A stretch of DNA of 64,000 nucleotides from Clostridia bacterium (GTDB taxonomy: Bacteria; Bacillota; Clostridia; Christensenellales; Aristaeellaceae): contig JAGBDE010000009.1 of NCBI GenBank assembly GCA_017937655.1, positions 5,944 to 69,943 of the forward strand. The letters run 5' to 3'. Shown here one piece after another: positions 38,887 to 47,078 of this stretch (positions are counted from its first letter, which is position 1; each line of letters begins with the position of its first letter). The translations under genes and the position numbers were made by a program. Under the pieces are notes generated by a model. That model was given only the letters and a program-made list of their open reading frames with translations. It had not been told where the DNA came from and did not search any database.

Positions 38887-38949
38887 TCCCTTTCATTCTA
38901 TCATAGCAGCACAAAAACCCGCAAGCCTTGGCTGGCTTGCGGGTTCGGG
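38887..38949 (-). repeat. Module L (copy 1): hairpin + T-run + extended -10 promoter TGATAGAAT
   Basis: Minus strand reads CCCGCAAGCC-AGCCAAG-GCTTGCGGG-TTTTTGTGCTGCTATGATAGAATGAAAGGGA. It is nearly identical to plus-strand 45930..45979. It also serves as the glmM operon terminator. Confidence 0.85.
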
Positions 38950-38982
38950 ATCCCCGCCAAATGACGGGGCGTTTTTTGTTGT

Positions 38983-40332
38983 TTATTCCACAATGTGGCC
39001 CTTTGCGCGGATCACATCAATGACGGAATCCACGTACTTCTGGCACACTTCGTTGCTTTCCGCTTCCACCATCACGCGGATGACGGGCTCGGTGCCGCTT
39101 TCGCGGACCAGGATGCGGCCAGAGTCGCCAAGCTCGTCGGCCACCTTCTTCACCGCAGCCTGCACGTCAGGATCGTTCTGGGCGGCGGGCTTGCTGGTGA
39201 CGCGAACGTTCTTGAGCACCTGGGGATAGAACACCACGGGGGCGGCCAGCTCGCTCATGGGCTGGTTCTTTGCAAGCATGACCTCCATCATTTTCAGGCT
39301 GGTCAGGATGCCGTCGCCGGTGGTGGCGTACTTGGAGAAAATGATGTGGCCGGACTGCTCGCCGCCGATGCGGTGGCCATAGGTGACCATGTTCTCGTAG
39401 ACGTACTTGTCGCCCACGGCGGTCTTTTCGTACTCAATGCCCACCTTGTCCAGGGCCTTGTAAAGGCCGAAGTTGGACATGATGGTGGTGACTACCTTGT
39501 TGTTGAGCAGCTTTCCACGCTCCTTCATGTACAGGCCGTAGATGTACAGGATGTGGTCGCCGGTGATGACGTTGCCCTTCTCGTCCACACACAGGCAGCG
39601 GTCGGCGTCGCCGTCATAGGCAAAGCCCACGTCCAGCTGATTGTCCACCACAAACTTCTGCAGATGCTCGATGTGGGTGCTGCCGCAGTCGGTGTTGATG
39701 TTGTAGCCGTCGGGGGCGTCGTTCATGACGTACACCTTGGCGCCCAGGGCCTCGAACACGCCCTTGGCCACCTGCCAGGAAGCGCCGTTGGCCAGGTCCA
39801 GGCCCACCTTCTTGTTCTTGAAGCTGTACTTGGACATGGAGATCAGGTAGCCGATGTAACGGTTGCGGCCGGCCACATAGTCCACCGTGCGGCCGATATC
39901 GTTGCGCTCCGCCACGGGGATGTCGATCTTGCCGTCGATGTAGTCTTCCACCTTCAGGATGGTTTCCTCATCCATCTTCTCGCCGTTGCCGTTGAGCAGC
40001 TTGATGCCGTTATCGTAGTAGGGGTTGTGGGAGGCGGAGATCATGATGCCGCAGTCAAAGTCGTCCACCCGGGTGATGTAGGCCACGGAAGGGGTGGTGG
40101 TGACGTGCATGATGTAAGCGTCTGCGCCGGAGGCCATCAGGCCGGTGCACAGGGCGTACTCAAACATGTAAGAGCTGCGGCGGGTATCCTTACCGATGAC
40201 GATCTTGGCCTTCTTGCCCTGGTTGGCGCCATAGTACCAGCCCAGGAAACGGCCGATTTTTACCGCATGTTCAAAGGTCAGGTCCTTGTTGGCTTCGCCG
40301 CGGAAACCGTCAGTTCCAAAATACTTGCCCAC
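38983..40332 (-). CDS. glmM: Phosphoglucosamine mutase
   Basis: MGKYFGTDGFRGEAN, the active-site ISASHNP, and GGEQSGH. Confidence 0.95.
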   Translation of the reverse strand: MGKYFGTDGFRGEANKDLTFEHAVKIGRFLGWYYGANQGKKAKIVIGKDTRRSSYMFEYALCTGLMASGADAYIMHVTTTPSVAYITRVDDFDCGIMISASHNPYYDNGIKLLNGNGEKMDEETILKVEDYIDGKIDIPVAERNDIGRTVDYVAGRNRYIGYLISMSKYSFKNKKVGLDLANGASWQVAKGVFEALGAKVYVMNDAPDGYNINTDCGSTHIEHLQKFVVDNQLDVGFAYDGDADRCLCVDEKGNVITGDHILYIYGLYMKERGKLLNNKVVTTIMSNFGLYKALDKVGIEYEKTAVGDKYVYENMVTYGHRIGGEQSGHIIFSKYATTGDGILTSLKMMEVMLAKNQPMSELAAPVVFYPQVLKNVRVTSKPAAQNDPDVQAAVKKVADELGDSGRILVRESGTEPVIRVMVEAESNEVCQKYVDSVIDVIRAKGHIVE

Positions 40333-40333
40333 G

Positions 40334-40996
40334 TTACCGTTCCTCCTTGAGAATCACTTTGCCGCTGTTTTTCCAGATAGCATTGGCCGGCACAACGCCC
40401 CTGACGCAGGAGGTGGGGTACACGTTGGAATGGCGGCCGATGACGGTGCCAGGGTTCAGCACGGCGTTGCAGCCCACTTCCACATAGTCGCCCACCATGG
40501 CGCCGAATTTCTTCACGCCGGTCTCGATCTTTTCCTCACCGTCACGAACCACCACCAGCTGCTTGTCGGACTTGACGTTGCTGGTGATGCTGCCTGCGCC
40601 CATGTGGCTGTAATAGCCCAGGATGGAGTCGCCCACATAGTTGTAGTGGGGAGTCTGCACGTGGTCAAACAGGATCACGTTCTTCAGCTCCACGGAATTG
40701 CCCACCACGCAGTCCGCGCCCACCAGAGCGGAGCCGCGGATGAATGCGCAGTGCCGCACCTCCGTGTTGGGGCCGATGATGCAGGGCGCGCCCAGGAACG
40801 CAGTGGGGGCCACCTTGGCGGTCTTGTGCACCCACACGTTCTCCTCGCGCTGTTCGTAGTCCTCACCCAAAGTGGGGCCCAGCTGCAGGATCATGTCCTT
40901 GATGCCCTTCAGGGCCTCCCAGGGGTAGGTGAACTGGCGCAGATAATCCGCTGCCAGGCTGTGGTCGAGGTCATAAAGATCTGCTATCGTGTGCAT
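40334..40996 (-). CDS. Left-handed beta-helix (hexapeptide) acyltransferase resembling the GlmU C-terminal GlcN-1-P acetyltransferase domain
   Basis: Hexapeptide repeats and NYVGDSILGYYSHMGAGSITSNVKSDK resemble the GlmU acetyltransferase core. No nucleotidyltransferase domain. The ATG overlaps the nagB stop (TAATG). The track ORF N-terminal extension overlaps nagB. Confidence 0.6.
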   Translation of the reverse strand: MHTIADLYDLDHSLAADYLRQFTYPWEALKGIKDMILQLGPTLGEDYEQREENVWVHKTAKVAPTAFLGAPCIIGPNTEVRHCAFIRGSALVGADCVVGNSVELKNVILFDHVQTPHYNYVGDSILGYYSHMGAGSITSNVKSDKQLVVVRDGEEKIETGVKKFGAMVGDYVEVGCNAVLNPGTVIGRHSNVYPTSCVRGVVPANAIWKNSGKVILKEER

Positions 40997-41787
40997 TACA
41001 GACGTTCTCCTCTCTCGATGTCCAGGAAATACTTGTAGGTGTCCACGGTCAGCTCGCCGCAGGCGGCCTCGTCGCAGGCGATGATGGCGCCGTTGTGGTT
41101 CTGCAGCGCGGAGCAGGTCCACTTGGAGCTGACAGCGCCTTCCACGGTGGCAGCCAGGGCCCGGGCCTTGTTGTGACCGTTGATCAGAATGAGAACCTCC
41201 TTGGAATCCGTCACGGTGCCAACACCCACGCTCAGGGCCTGGGAAGGAACCTTCTCAGGATCGTTGCCGAAGAAGCGGGAGTTCACGATGCGGGTATCGG
41301 AGGTCAGGTTCCGGATGCCGGTGCGGGAGGTCAGGCTGGTGAAGGGCTCGTTGAAGGCGATGTGGCCATCCACGCCGATGCCGCCCATGAACAGGTCGAT
41401 GCCGCCATAGGAAGCAATCTTCTCTTCATACCGTGCGCATTCCGCCTCGGGTTCATCCGTCATACCATTCAGGATATTGATATTTTCCGGCTTCATGTCC
41501 ACCAGGTGGTTGAAAAAGTTTTCATGCATGAAGTACCAGTAGCTCTGGTCGTGCTCGTGGGGCAGGCCCAGGTATTCGTCCATGTTGAAGGTGACCACAT
41601 TGGCGAAGGAAAGCTCGCCGGCCTGGTTCATCCGGGCCAGTTCCTTGTACACGCCGATGGGAGAAGAACCGGTGGGCAGGCCCAGGATGAAGGGCCGGTC
41701 TTCCTTGTGATTCTTGATTTTGTTAGCAATATAGTTTGCTGCCCACTGGCACATTTTGGCATAGTTGTCCTGAATAACCACTCTCAT
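40996..41787 (-). CDS. nagB: Glucosamine-6-phosphate deaminase/isomerase (hexameric NagB type)
   Basis: [26 protein letters not shown] and [17 protein letters not shown]. It is collinear with E. coli NagB throughout. Confidence 0.92.
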   Translation of the reverse strand: MRVVIQDNYAKMCQWAANYIANKIKNHKEDRPFILGLPTGSSPIGVYKELARMNQAGELSFANVVTFNMDEYLGLPHEHDQSYWYFMHENFFNHLVDMKPENINILNGMTDEPEAECARYEEKIASYGGIDLFMGGIGVDGHIAFNEPFTSLTSRTGIRNLTSDTRIVNSRFFGNDPEKVPSQALSVGVGTVTDSKEVLILINGHNKARALAATVEGAVSSKWTCSALQNHNGAIIACDEAACGELTVDTYKYFLDIERGERL

Positions 41788-41869
41788 TGGTGTTATCCTC
41801 CTTTGTTATTTGGGGAAAAATCAGCCTTTTGGTCTATCTGCTGCCCGCTGGGGCGCTATCCTATCAATC

Positions 41870-42012
41870 CTGATTCAGCAACAAGGGAACCTCTGTTACG
41901 GCATTTCTCCCGCTTTTTCTTTTCCCTCTAACGACGTACTGCACGCCGTGACAGCATCCGCCGAGTCTTTCGATCGCTGCCAACCTCGTCACCCTGAAAG
42001 GGCCTGGCGCTA
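41870..42012 (-). ncRNA. glmS-type GlcN6P-dependent ribozyme (cis-regulatory) in the nagB leader
   Basis: Minus strand from 42011 reads A|GCGCCAGGCCCUUUCAGGGUGACGAGGUUGGCAGCGAUCGAAAGACUCGGCGGAUGCUGUCACGGCGUGCAGUACGUCGUUAGAGGGAA...UUCCCUU. It has the conserved strings AGCGCC, GACGAGG, AUCGAA and CGGCGGAUGC. Pairings are UGGCAGC/GCUGUCA, CGGCGU/ACGUCG and AGGGAA/UUCCCU. Confidence 0.8.
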
Positions 42013-42094
42013 AATATCTTTTTCCTTTATTTTGCCTTCAAAAAACAGCTCCTTCAGCGTTTTGATTTGAAAGGATGCCCAAAAGGCCAGAATC

Positions 42095-42123
42095 ATAATA
42101 CAACAAAATACATTTGATAGCAA
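42095..42123 (-). promoter_or_regulatory. Candidate promoter for the ribozyme-nagB transcript (TTGCTA-17-TATTAT)
   Basis: Reverse complement of 42118..42123 is TTGCTA. Reverse complement of 42095..42100 is TATTAT. This gives a leader of about 80 nt before the cleavage site. Confidence 0.4.
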
Positions 42124-42285
42124 GCTTTCATTTGGAAACCAGGCGTCCAAATCGGCCAAAAAGCCAATGGATACGCCCACTCTGGCGTTTTGCTTTTCTT
42201 TTGCCCGGATGGGAGATTTGGTTGCCCAAAAAGGGAAAATGGGGTATGATGGAGTTGTATTTTTCATCAAGGAGGCCGCGCTGCC

Positions 42286-43311
42286 ATGAATGTGAATTAT
42301 GCCGTTGAGATGACCACAAATCTTCTGTCTATTCCCAGCCCCACGGGCTTTACCCACAATGTGACCGATTATCTGCTTTCCACCCTCACCGCCATGGGCT
42401 ATGAGCCCGTCCGCAACCGCAAGGGCAGCGTCAGCTGCTGCATCGGCGGGGAAGGCCGGCCTTTGGCCCTGGCCGCCCATGTGGACACCCTGGGCCTGAT
42501 GGTGCGGGAGATCAAGGCAAATGGCCGTCTTTCCTTTGCTTTGCTGGGCGGCCCCTCCTGCCAGGCGGTGGAGACGGAGAACGTGACCGTCATCACCCGG
42601 GAAAATAAGCAGTACACCGGCGTGGTCGAGCTGCAAAACGCCTCCGTCCACGTCAACCCTGACCTGGAGGACACCAAGCGGGACATCAAGACCCTGGAAA
42701 TCCTCCTGGACGAAGAGGTTGCCTCCAAGGAAGACGTGGAAAAGCTGGGCATTGCCAACGGCGACATCGTGGCACTGGACCCCCGCACCCGGGTGACAGA
42801 ATCCGGGTTCATCCGCAGCCGCTTCCTGGACGACAAGCTGAGCGCAGGCATGCTGCTGGAATTGGCCCGGGCCGTGAAGGCCGGCGAGGTGAAGCCCGCC
42901 CGGAAGCTGACCATTTTCTTCTCCGTGTACGAAGAAGTGGGCCACGGCGCGTCCACCGGCCTGCCCCAGGATACGGAAGACCTTCTGGTGGTGGACATGG
43001 GCTGCGTGGGCGAGGGCCTCAGCTGCCGGGAGCAGCAGGTGTCCATCTGCGCCAAGGATTCCAGCGGCCCCTATGACTACTCCATGACCACGGAGCTGAT
43101 TCAGCTGTGCAAGAAGCACGGCATCGACTACGCGGTGGATATCTACCCCCGCTATGGCTCCGACGCAGGCACCGCCCTCCGGGCCGGACACGACATCCGC
43201 TATGCTTTGATCGGCGCGGGCGTATACGCCTCCCACGGCTATGAGCGCAGCCACAAGAAGGGCGTGGAAAACACCCTGGAGCTGATCCGCCGCTACGTGG
43301 AGCTGGCCTGA
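42286..43311 (+). CDS. M42 family metallopeptidase (glutamyl aminopeptidase/FrvX-like)
   Basis: LSIPSPTGF, AHVDTLGLMV, FLDDKLSAG and YEEVGHGAS metal-ligand contexts. AAGGAGG RBS. Confidence 0.8.
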   Translation: MNVNYAVEMTTNLLSIPSPTGFTHNVTDYLLSTLTAMGYEPVRNRKGSVSCCIGGEGRPLALAAHVDTLGLMVREIKANGRLSFALLGGPSCQAVETENVTVITRENKQYTGVVELQNASVHVNPDLEDTKRDIKTLEILLDEEVASKEDVEKLGIANGDIVALDPRTRVTESGFIRSRFLDDKLSAGMLLELARAVKAGEVKPARKLTIFFSVYEEVGHGASTGLPQDTEDLLVVDMGCVGEGLSCREQQVSICAKDSSGPYDYSMTTELIQLCKKHGIDYAVDIYPRYGSDAGTALRAGHDIRYALIGAGVYASHGYERSHKKGVENTLELIRRYVELA

Positions 43312-43339
43312 AACCCATACTGACGAAAAGGAGAACACA

Positions 43340-45280
43340 ATGAGCAGAACCGAAGCCCTTTCCCAATACCGCATCGCCCTGAAGGCAGGGCAGAAATGCT
43401 ACCGGGACTGCGTCCATGAAAAAAAATACCCCTACCTGCAGGTGCTGGATGAACTCCTTCGGGATGCCGTCACCGCCGGCCGGGTGGATATGGGCATTAT
43501 CGATATCCCGGCGGACCGCATTGCCGGCACCTGCTATGTGGGCCGCCGCAACGCCTTTGCCGCCAACTTCATGCCCCTGCTTTCCCCGGAATCGGAGTTT
43601 GCGCTCAAGTGGGTCAACCTGTGCGAGTCCGCCATGCAGATCGGCGTCAGGGAACCCATTTCCTGCTTTGAATTTATGGGACGGTTTTACGTGCAGGAAG
43701 GCAACAAGCGGGTCAGCGTGCAGAAGTCCCTGGGCGCAGCGGCCATTTCCGCCAAGGTGACCCGCATCCTGCCCGCAGAAACGGACGACGAGGCCGTGAA
43801 GGTCTACCACGAGTTTGTCCAGTTCCACCGCTGCAGCGGACTGTACTGGATCTACTTTGACCGGCCCGGCTGCTTTGCCCGCCTGCAGGCCGCTTTGGGC
43901 CACAGTCCGGACTACGAATGGTCCGAGGACGACCGTCTCACCTTCACCTCCGCCCTCCACGGCTTCCGCCGGGCGATGGAGCGGCTGAACAAGCAATGCA
44001 CCACCGAGGAGCTGTCCCTGGCGCTGCTGATCTGGCTGCAGGTTTACTCCCTCAACGAGCTGCTGACCCTGGAAGAGGCCGCCCTGGACAAGTCCATCCT
44101 CAACATCTGGCCGGAAGTGCAGACCCAGCTGCAGCCGGAAAGCATCGCGGTGAGCACCGCTCCCCAGGAGCCCAGCGTCAGCCTGCTGGGCCGATTCCTC
44201 CTGCCCAACCACCTGCGTATCGCCGTGATCCACGAGGGCCAGTATAACAACGGCGACTGGATCACCGCCCATGAGGAAGGCCTGGAATATATGGAAAGCT
44301 GCCTGAGCCGGGAAGTGGAGGTGCGCACCTACCGGGTGCCCGCCGGCGGCGACCCGGAGGCCATTATGCGGGAGGCTATTGCCGACGGCGCCACGGTGCT
44401 GTTTACCACCACCGTCAACCTGATCACCGCCTGCCGGAAAATTGCTGCGGAGCACCGCAACATCCGCATCCTCAACTGTTCCGTGGCCATGCCCTACCCC
44501 GGCGTGCGCACCTACAACAGCCGCATCTACGAGGCCAAGTTCGTCTCCGGCGCCATCGCCGGCGTCATGTCCCGGTCTGACGTGATCGGCTACATCGCCC
44601 ACAGCCCCATCTACGGCGCGCCTGCCAGCATCAACGCTTTCGCCCTGGGCGCCAAGATGACCCGTCCCAGCGCCCGGATCCTGCTCAAATGGAAGGCCGT
44701 CAGCCGAGACCCGGTGCAGGAGCTGCTGGACGCAGGCGTGGACATCATTTCCAGCATCGACACCACCACCCGGGAGTTGGAGCATCCCCTCCGGGGCCTG
44801 GTACAGCTCCGGCCCGACGGCAGCCTGGAAAGCCTGGCTTCCCCCTATCGCAACTGGGGCAATTTCTACATTCAAATCGTCTCCAGCATCCTCCGGGGCG
44901 GCTGGGACGACCCCCAGGCCGAGAACTGCAAGGCCATCAACTACTGGTGGGGCATGAACAGCGGCGTGGTGGACATCCGCCTCTCCCCTGACCTGCCCGA
45001 GGGCGTGCAGCAGCTGGCCCGGATCCTGCGCCGCGGCATCGGCGACGGCTCCGTCAGCCCCTTCCACCGCAGCCTGTACGATCAGCAGGGCAACCTGCAA
45101 AGCGACGGCCATCGCTGGTTCAGCCCGGACGAGATCCTCCGCATGGACTGGCTGTGCGATAACGTGGAAGGCGACATCCCCGCTTATGAGGAACTGATCC
45201 CCCAGGCCCGGCAGATTGTGCGCCTGCAAGGCGTGTACCGGGAATCCATACCGCTGGAAAAGGATGAATTTATCCCATGA
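43340..45280 (+). CDS. Cytoplasmic fusion protein: N-terminal ParB/Srx-like domain (tentative) + helical linker + C-terminal BMP/PnrA-like periplasmic-binding-fold domain
   Basis: No signal peptide. The N-terminus has FMGRFYVQEGNKRVSVQKSLGAAAISAKV (ParB-like G-N/H-x-R pattern). The C-terminal half (RIAVIHEGQYNNGDW...GYIAHSPIYGAPASINAFALGAK) resembles BMP family proteins. Confidence 0.55.
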   Translation: MSRTEALSQYRIALKAGQKCYRDCVHEKKYPYLQVLDELLRDAVTAGRVDMGIIDIPADRIAGTCYVGRRNAFAANFMPLLSPESEFALKWVNLCESAMQIGVREPISCFEFMGRFYVQEGNKRVSVQKSLGAAAISAKVTRILPAETDDEAVKVYHEFVQFHRCSGLYWIYFDRPGCFARLQAALGHSPDYEWSEDDRLTFTSALHGFRRAMERLNKQCTTEELSLALLIWLQVYSLNELLTLEEAALDKSILNIWPEVQTQLQPESIAVSTAPQEPSVSLLGRFLLPNHLRIAVIHEGQYNNGDWITAHEEGLEYMESCLSREVEVRTYRVPAGGDPEAIMREAIADGATVLFTTTVNLITACRKIAAEHRNIRILNCSVAMPYPGVRTYNSRIYEAKFVSGAIAGVMSRSDVIGYIAHSPIYGAPASINAFALGAKMTRPSARILLKWKAVSRDPVQELLDAGVDIISSIDTTTRELEHPLRGLVQLRPDGSLESLASPYRNWGNFYIQIVSSILRGGWDDPQAENCKAINYWWGMNSGVVDIRLSPDLPEGVQQLARILRRGIGDGSVSPFHRSLYDQQGNLQSDGHRWFSPDEILRMDWLCDNVEGDIPAYEELIPQARQIVRLQGVYRESIPLEKDEFIP

Positions 45281-45867
45281 AGATACTCTTGGTTGCCGAT
45301 AAGGAAAGCCCCTACCTGTGGGATCATTATCAGCCGGGCCGGCTGAAGGACATCGACCTGATCCTTTCCAGCGGCGACCTGAAAGCGGAATACCTCAGCT
45401 TTCTGGTTACCATGTGCACTGCGCCGCTGTTTTACGTTCACGGCAATCACGACGTCAGCTATATGAAGCACCCGCCGGAGGGCTGCACCTGCATTGATGA
45501 CAAGATCGTCACCTTTGGCGGCCTGCGCATTATGGGCATGGGCGGATGCATGCTGTATTCCGGCAAGGATCACCAATACTCCGACGAGCAGATGGAACGC
45601 CGCCTCAAGAAGATGCGCTTTGCCCTGCATCGCTCCAAGGGCGTGGATCTGCTGCTGACCCATGCCCCTGCCCAGGGCCTGGGCGACGGTCAGGACATGT
45701 GCCACCGTGGCTTTCCCGCCTTCCTGCGCTTCATGGACAAGCACCAGCCCAAGTACATGGTGCACGGGCATGTGCACATGAACTACGGCGTGGATGTGCC
45801 CCGGATCCGCCACTATGGCGAAACCACCATCATCAACGCCTGGGAACGGTACATCCTGGAAATCTGA
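45277..45867 (+). CDS. Metallophosphoesterase
   Basis: MKILLVADKESP, SSGDL, VHGNHD and VHGHVH motifs. ATGA overlap with the upstream fusion gene. Confidence 0.8.
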   Translation: MKILLVADKESPYLWDHYQPGRLKDIDLILSSGDLKAEYLSFLVTMCTAPLFYVHGNHDVSYMKHPPEGCTCIDDKIVTFGGLRIMGMGGCMLYSGKDHQYSDEQMERRLKKMRFALHRSKGVDLLLTHAPAQGLGDGQDMCHRGFPAFLRFMDKHQPKYMVHGHVHMNYGVDVPRIRHYGETTIINAWERYILEI

Positions 45868-45925
45868 GCACAAAAAGCCCCCTTCGGAACAGTAAGGGGG
45901 AGTGCGCGGAGGGAGTGATCCTTCC

Positions 45926-45979
45926 CATTGCCGCAAGCCAGCCAAGGCTTGCGGTTTTTTGTGGCGCTATGATAGAATG
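45926..45979 (+). repeat. Module L (copy 2): hairpin + T-run + TGATAGAAT promoter
   Basis: GCCGCAAGCC-AGCCAAG-GCTTGCGG-TTTTTTGTGGCGCTATGATAGAATG. It acts as terminator of the phosphoesterase operon and as promoter for the GNAT cargo. Confidence 0.85.
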
Positions 45980-46017
45980 TCAGCAATAAACTTGGATTTG
46001 TAGAAGGGAACGATAAT

Positions 46018-46461
46018 ATGATACGACATGCAACGATAGCAGATGCATCAAGAATAGCAGAAATATTGATTTTTACAAAGAGAATGAATTATAGAAAGAT
46101 TTTTCAGAATGACAAGGTGTCATTTGGAGAAATGCAAGTATACCCATTGGCAAAAAAATATATTGATCATTCGGATGAATTGGATGGGATATGGGTTTAT
46201 GATGATGAATTTGTTAAAGGAGTAATACATCATGATGGAAAACAGATTGTCGAATTGTATGTTGATTCATTTTTTGAAAATCAAGGGATTGGAAGCAAAC
46301 TGATAAAATATGCTATTGAGCAGTTAGATTGTGATTTTTTATGGGTTCTTGAAAAGAATATAAAGGCAATACGATTTTATCAAAGGCACGGTTTTGTGAT
46401 TACAGAAGAAAAACAATATGAAGAAGGCACAACAGAATATATTGTCAAAATGCAGCGGTAA
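46018..46461 (+). CDS. GNAT family N-acetyltransferase (AT-rich gene, roughly 35 % GC by eye)
   Basis: LYVDSFFENQGIGSKLIKYAIE (QxxGxG motif A) and RFYQRHGF. AAGGGA lies 9 nt before the ATG. Confidence 0.8.
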   Translation: MIRHATIADASRIAEILIFTKRMNYRKIFQNDKVSFGEMQVYPLAKKYIDHSDELDGIWVYDDEFVKGVIHHDGKQIVELYVDSFFENQGIGSKLIKYAIEQLDCDFLWVLEKNIKAIRFYQRHGFVITEEKQYEEGTTEYIVKMQR

Positions 46462-46545
46462 ATTCCAATTTATCGCTCGCGCGAAAAAAAGGATTCCCCC
46501 GCTGTTTGGGGGAGAACGCAATGCATTGCGTTTGTTCATCCGCAT

Positions 46546-46589
46546 AAAAAACCGGGCATCCGGCACGTTCACCGGATGCTCGGTTGTTT
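46546..46589. repeat. Hairpin module R (copy 2)
   Basis: AAAAACCGGGCATCCGG-CACGTTCA-CCGGATGCTCGGTTGTTT is the reverse complement of copy 1 apart from flank differences. Confidence 0.85.
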
Positions 46590-46652
46590 GTAAAAGCATC
46601 AATTGTTCCCTAAAACCCCTCCGCCATCCCGGAGGGTTTTTTCTTTGGCCGA

Positions 46653-47078
46653 TCATTCCTGGGCCTGGAGTTTGCCGTTGACCTGCTTGATCTGCCGGCG
46701 GATAATGCACCAAATAATGAGCCAGATCAGCGCGAAGCCCGCCGCGAAAATGATGGTAAACAGGATCACCGGGCCCAGCTGATTGGGCAGCCAGCCGTTC
46801 ATCAGATACACCAGCAGGTAGTCCAGGTACAAAACGCCGGCGTGGATCAGGATGGCGGTGGCCAGCGGCAGCTTTTCCACCAGGTATATGGCAGAAATCC
46901 CTGCCGCAACAAAAGTCATTACCGTGGAGGACAGGATACCCATGCAAACCTCTTTTACCGTCATGGTTTCCACCACGCCATTCATGCCGAGGATGCCATA
47001 AATGATGGCGATAATCACCGGGCCGCCCCAGGCTGCCACCAGGCCCCGTTTCACAAACTCTGCTGCAAACTTCTTCAT
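46653..47078 (-). CDS. DUF3021-like small membrane protein (4 TM)
   Basis: 141 aa with four hydrophobic segments. ATGA overlap with the upstream LytTR gene. Confidence 0.65.
   Translation of the reverse strand: MKKFAAEFVKRGLVAAWGGPVIIAIIYGILGMNGVVETMTVKEVCMGILSSTVMTFVAAGISAIYLVEKLPLATAILIHAGVLYLDYLLVYLMNGWLPNQLGPVILFTIIFAAGFALIWLIIWCIIRRQIKQVNGKLQAQE

Noticed and set aside
42013-42041. Promoter-like TTGAAG-17-GATATT directly abutting the ribozyme
   Set aside because: Transcription from it would start inside or after the AGCGCC cleavage-site strand and would delete the ribozyme 5' end. The more distal TTGCTA-17-TATTAT is more compatible. Neither is verified.
42012-42098. 28-codon minus-strand ORF (MILAFWASFQIKTLKELFFEGKIKEKDI) in the ribozyme leader
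   Set aside because: It has no RBS and its ATG overlaps the candidate -10. It is the tail of the spurious 42010..43374 antisense ORF.
37453-46589. Interpretation of modules L and R as integron attC sites
   Set aside because: No intI-like integrase or attI is present. The hairpins lack the RYYYAAC/GTTRRRY core pairs. The cassettes are dispersed and each carries its own promoter, unlike classical integron arrays. The architecture is therefore left as cassette-like with an unknown mechanism.
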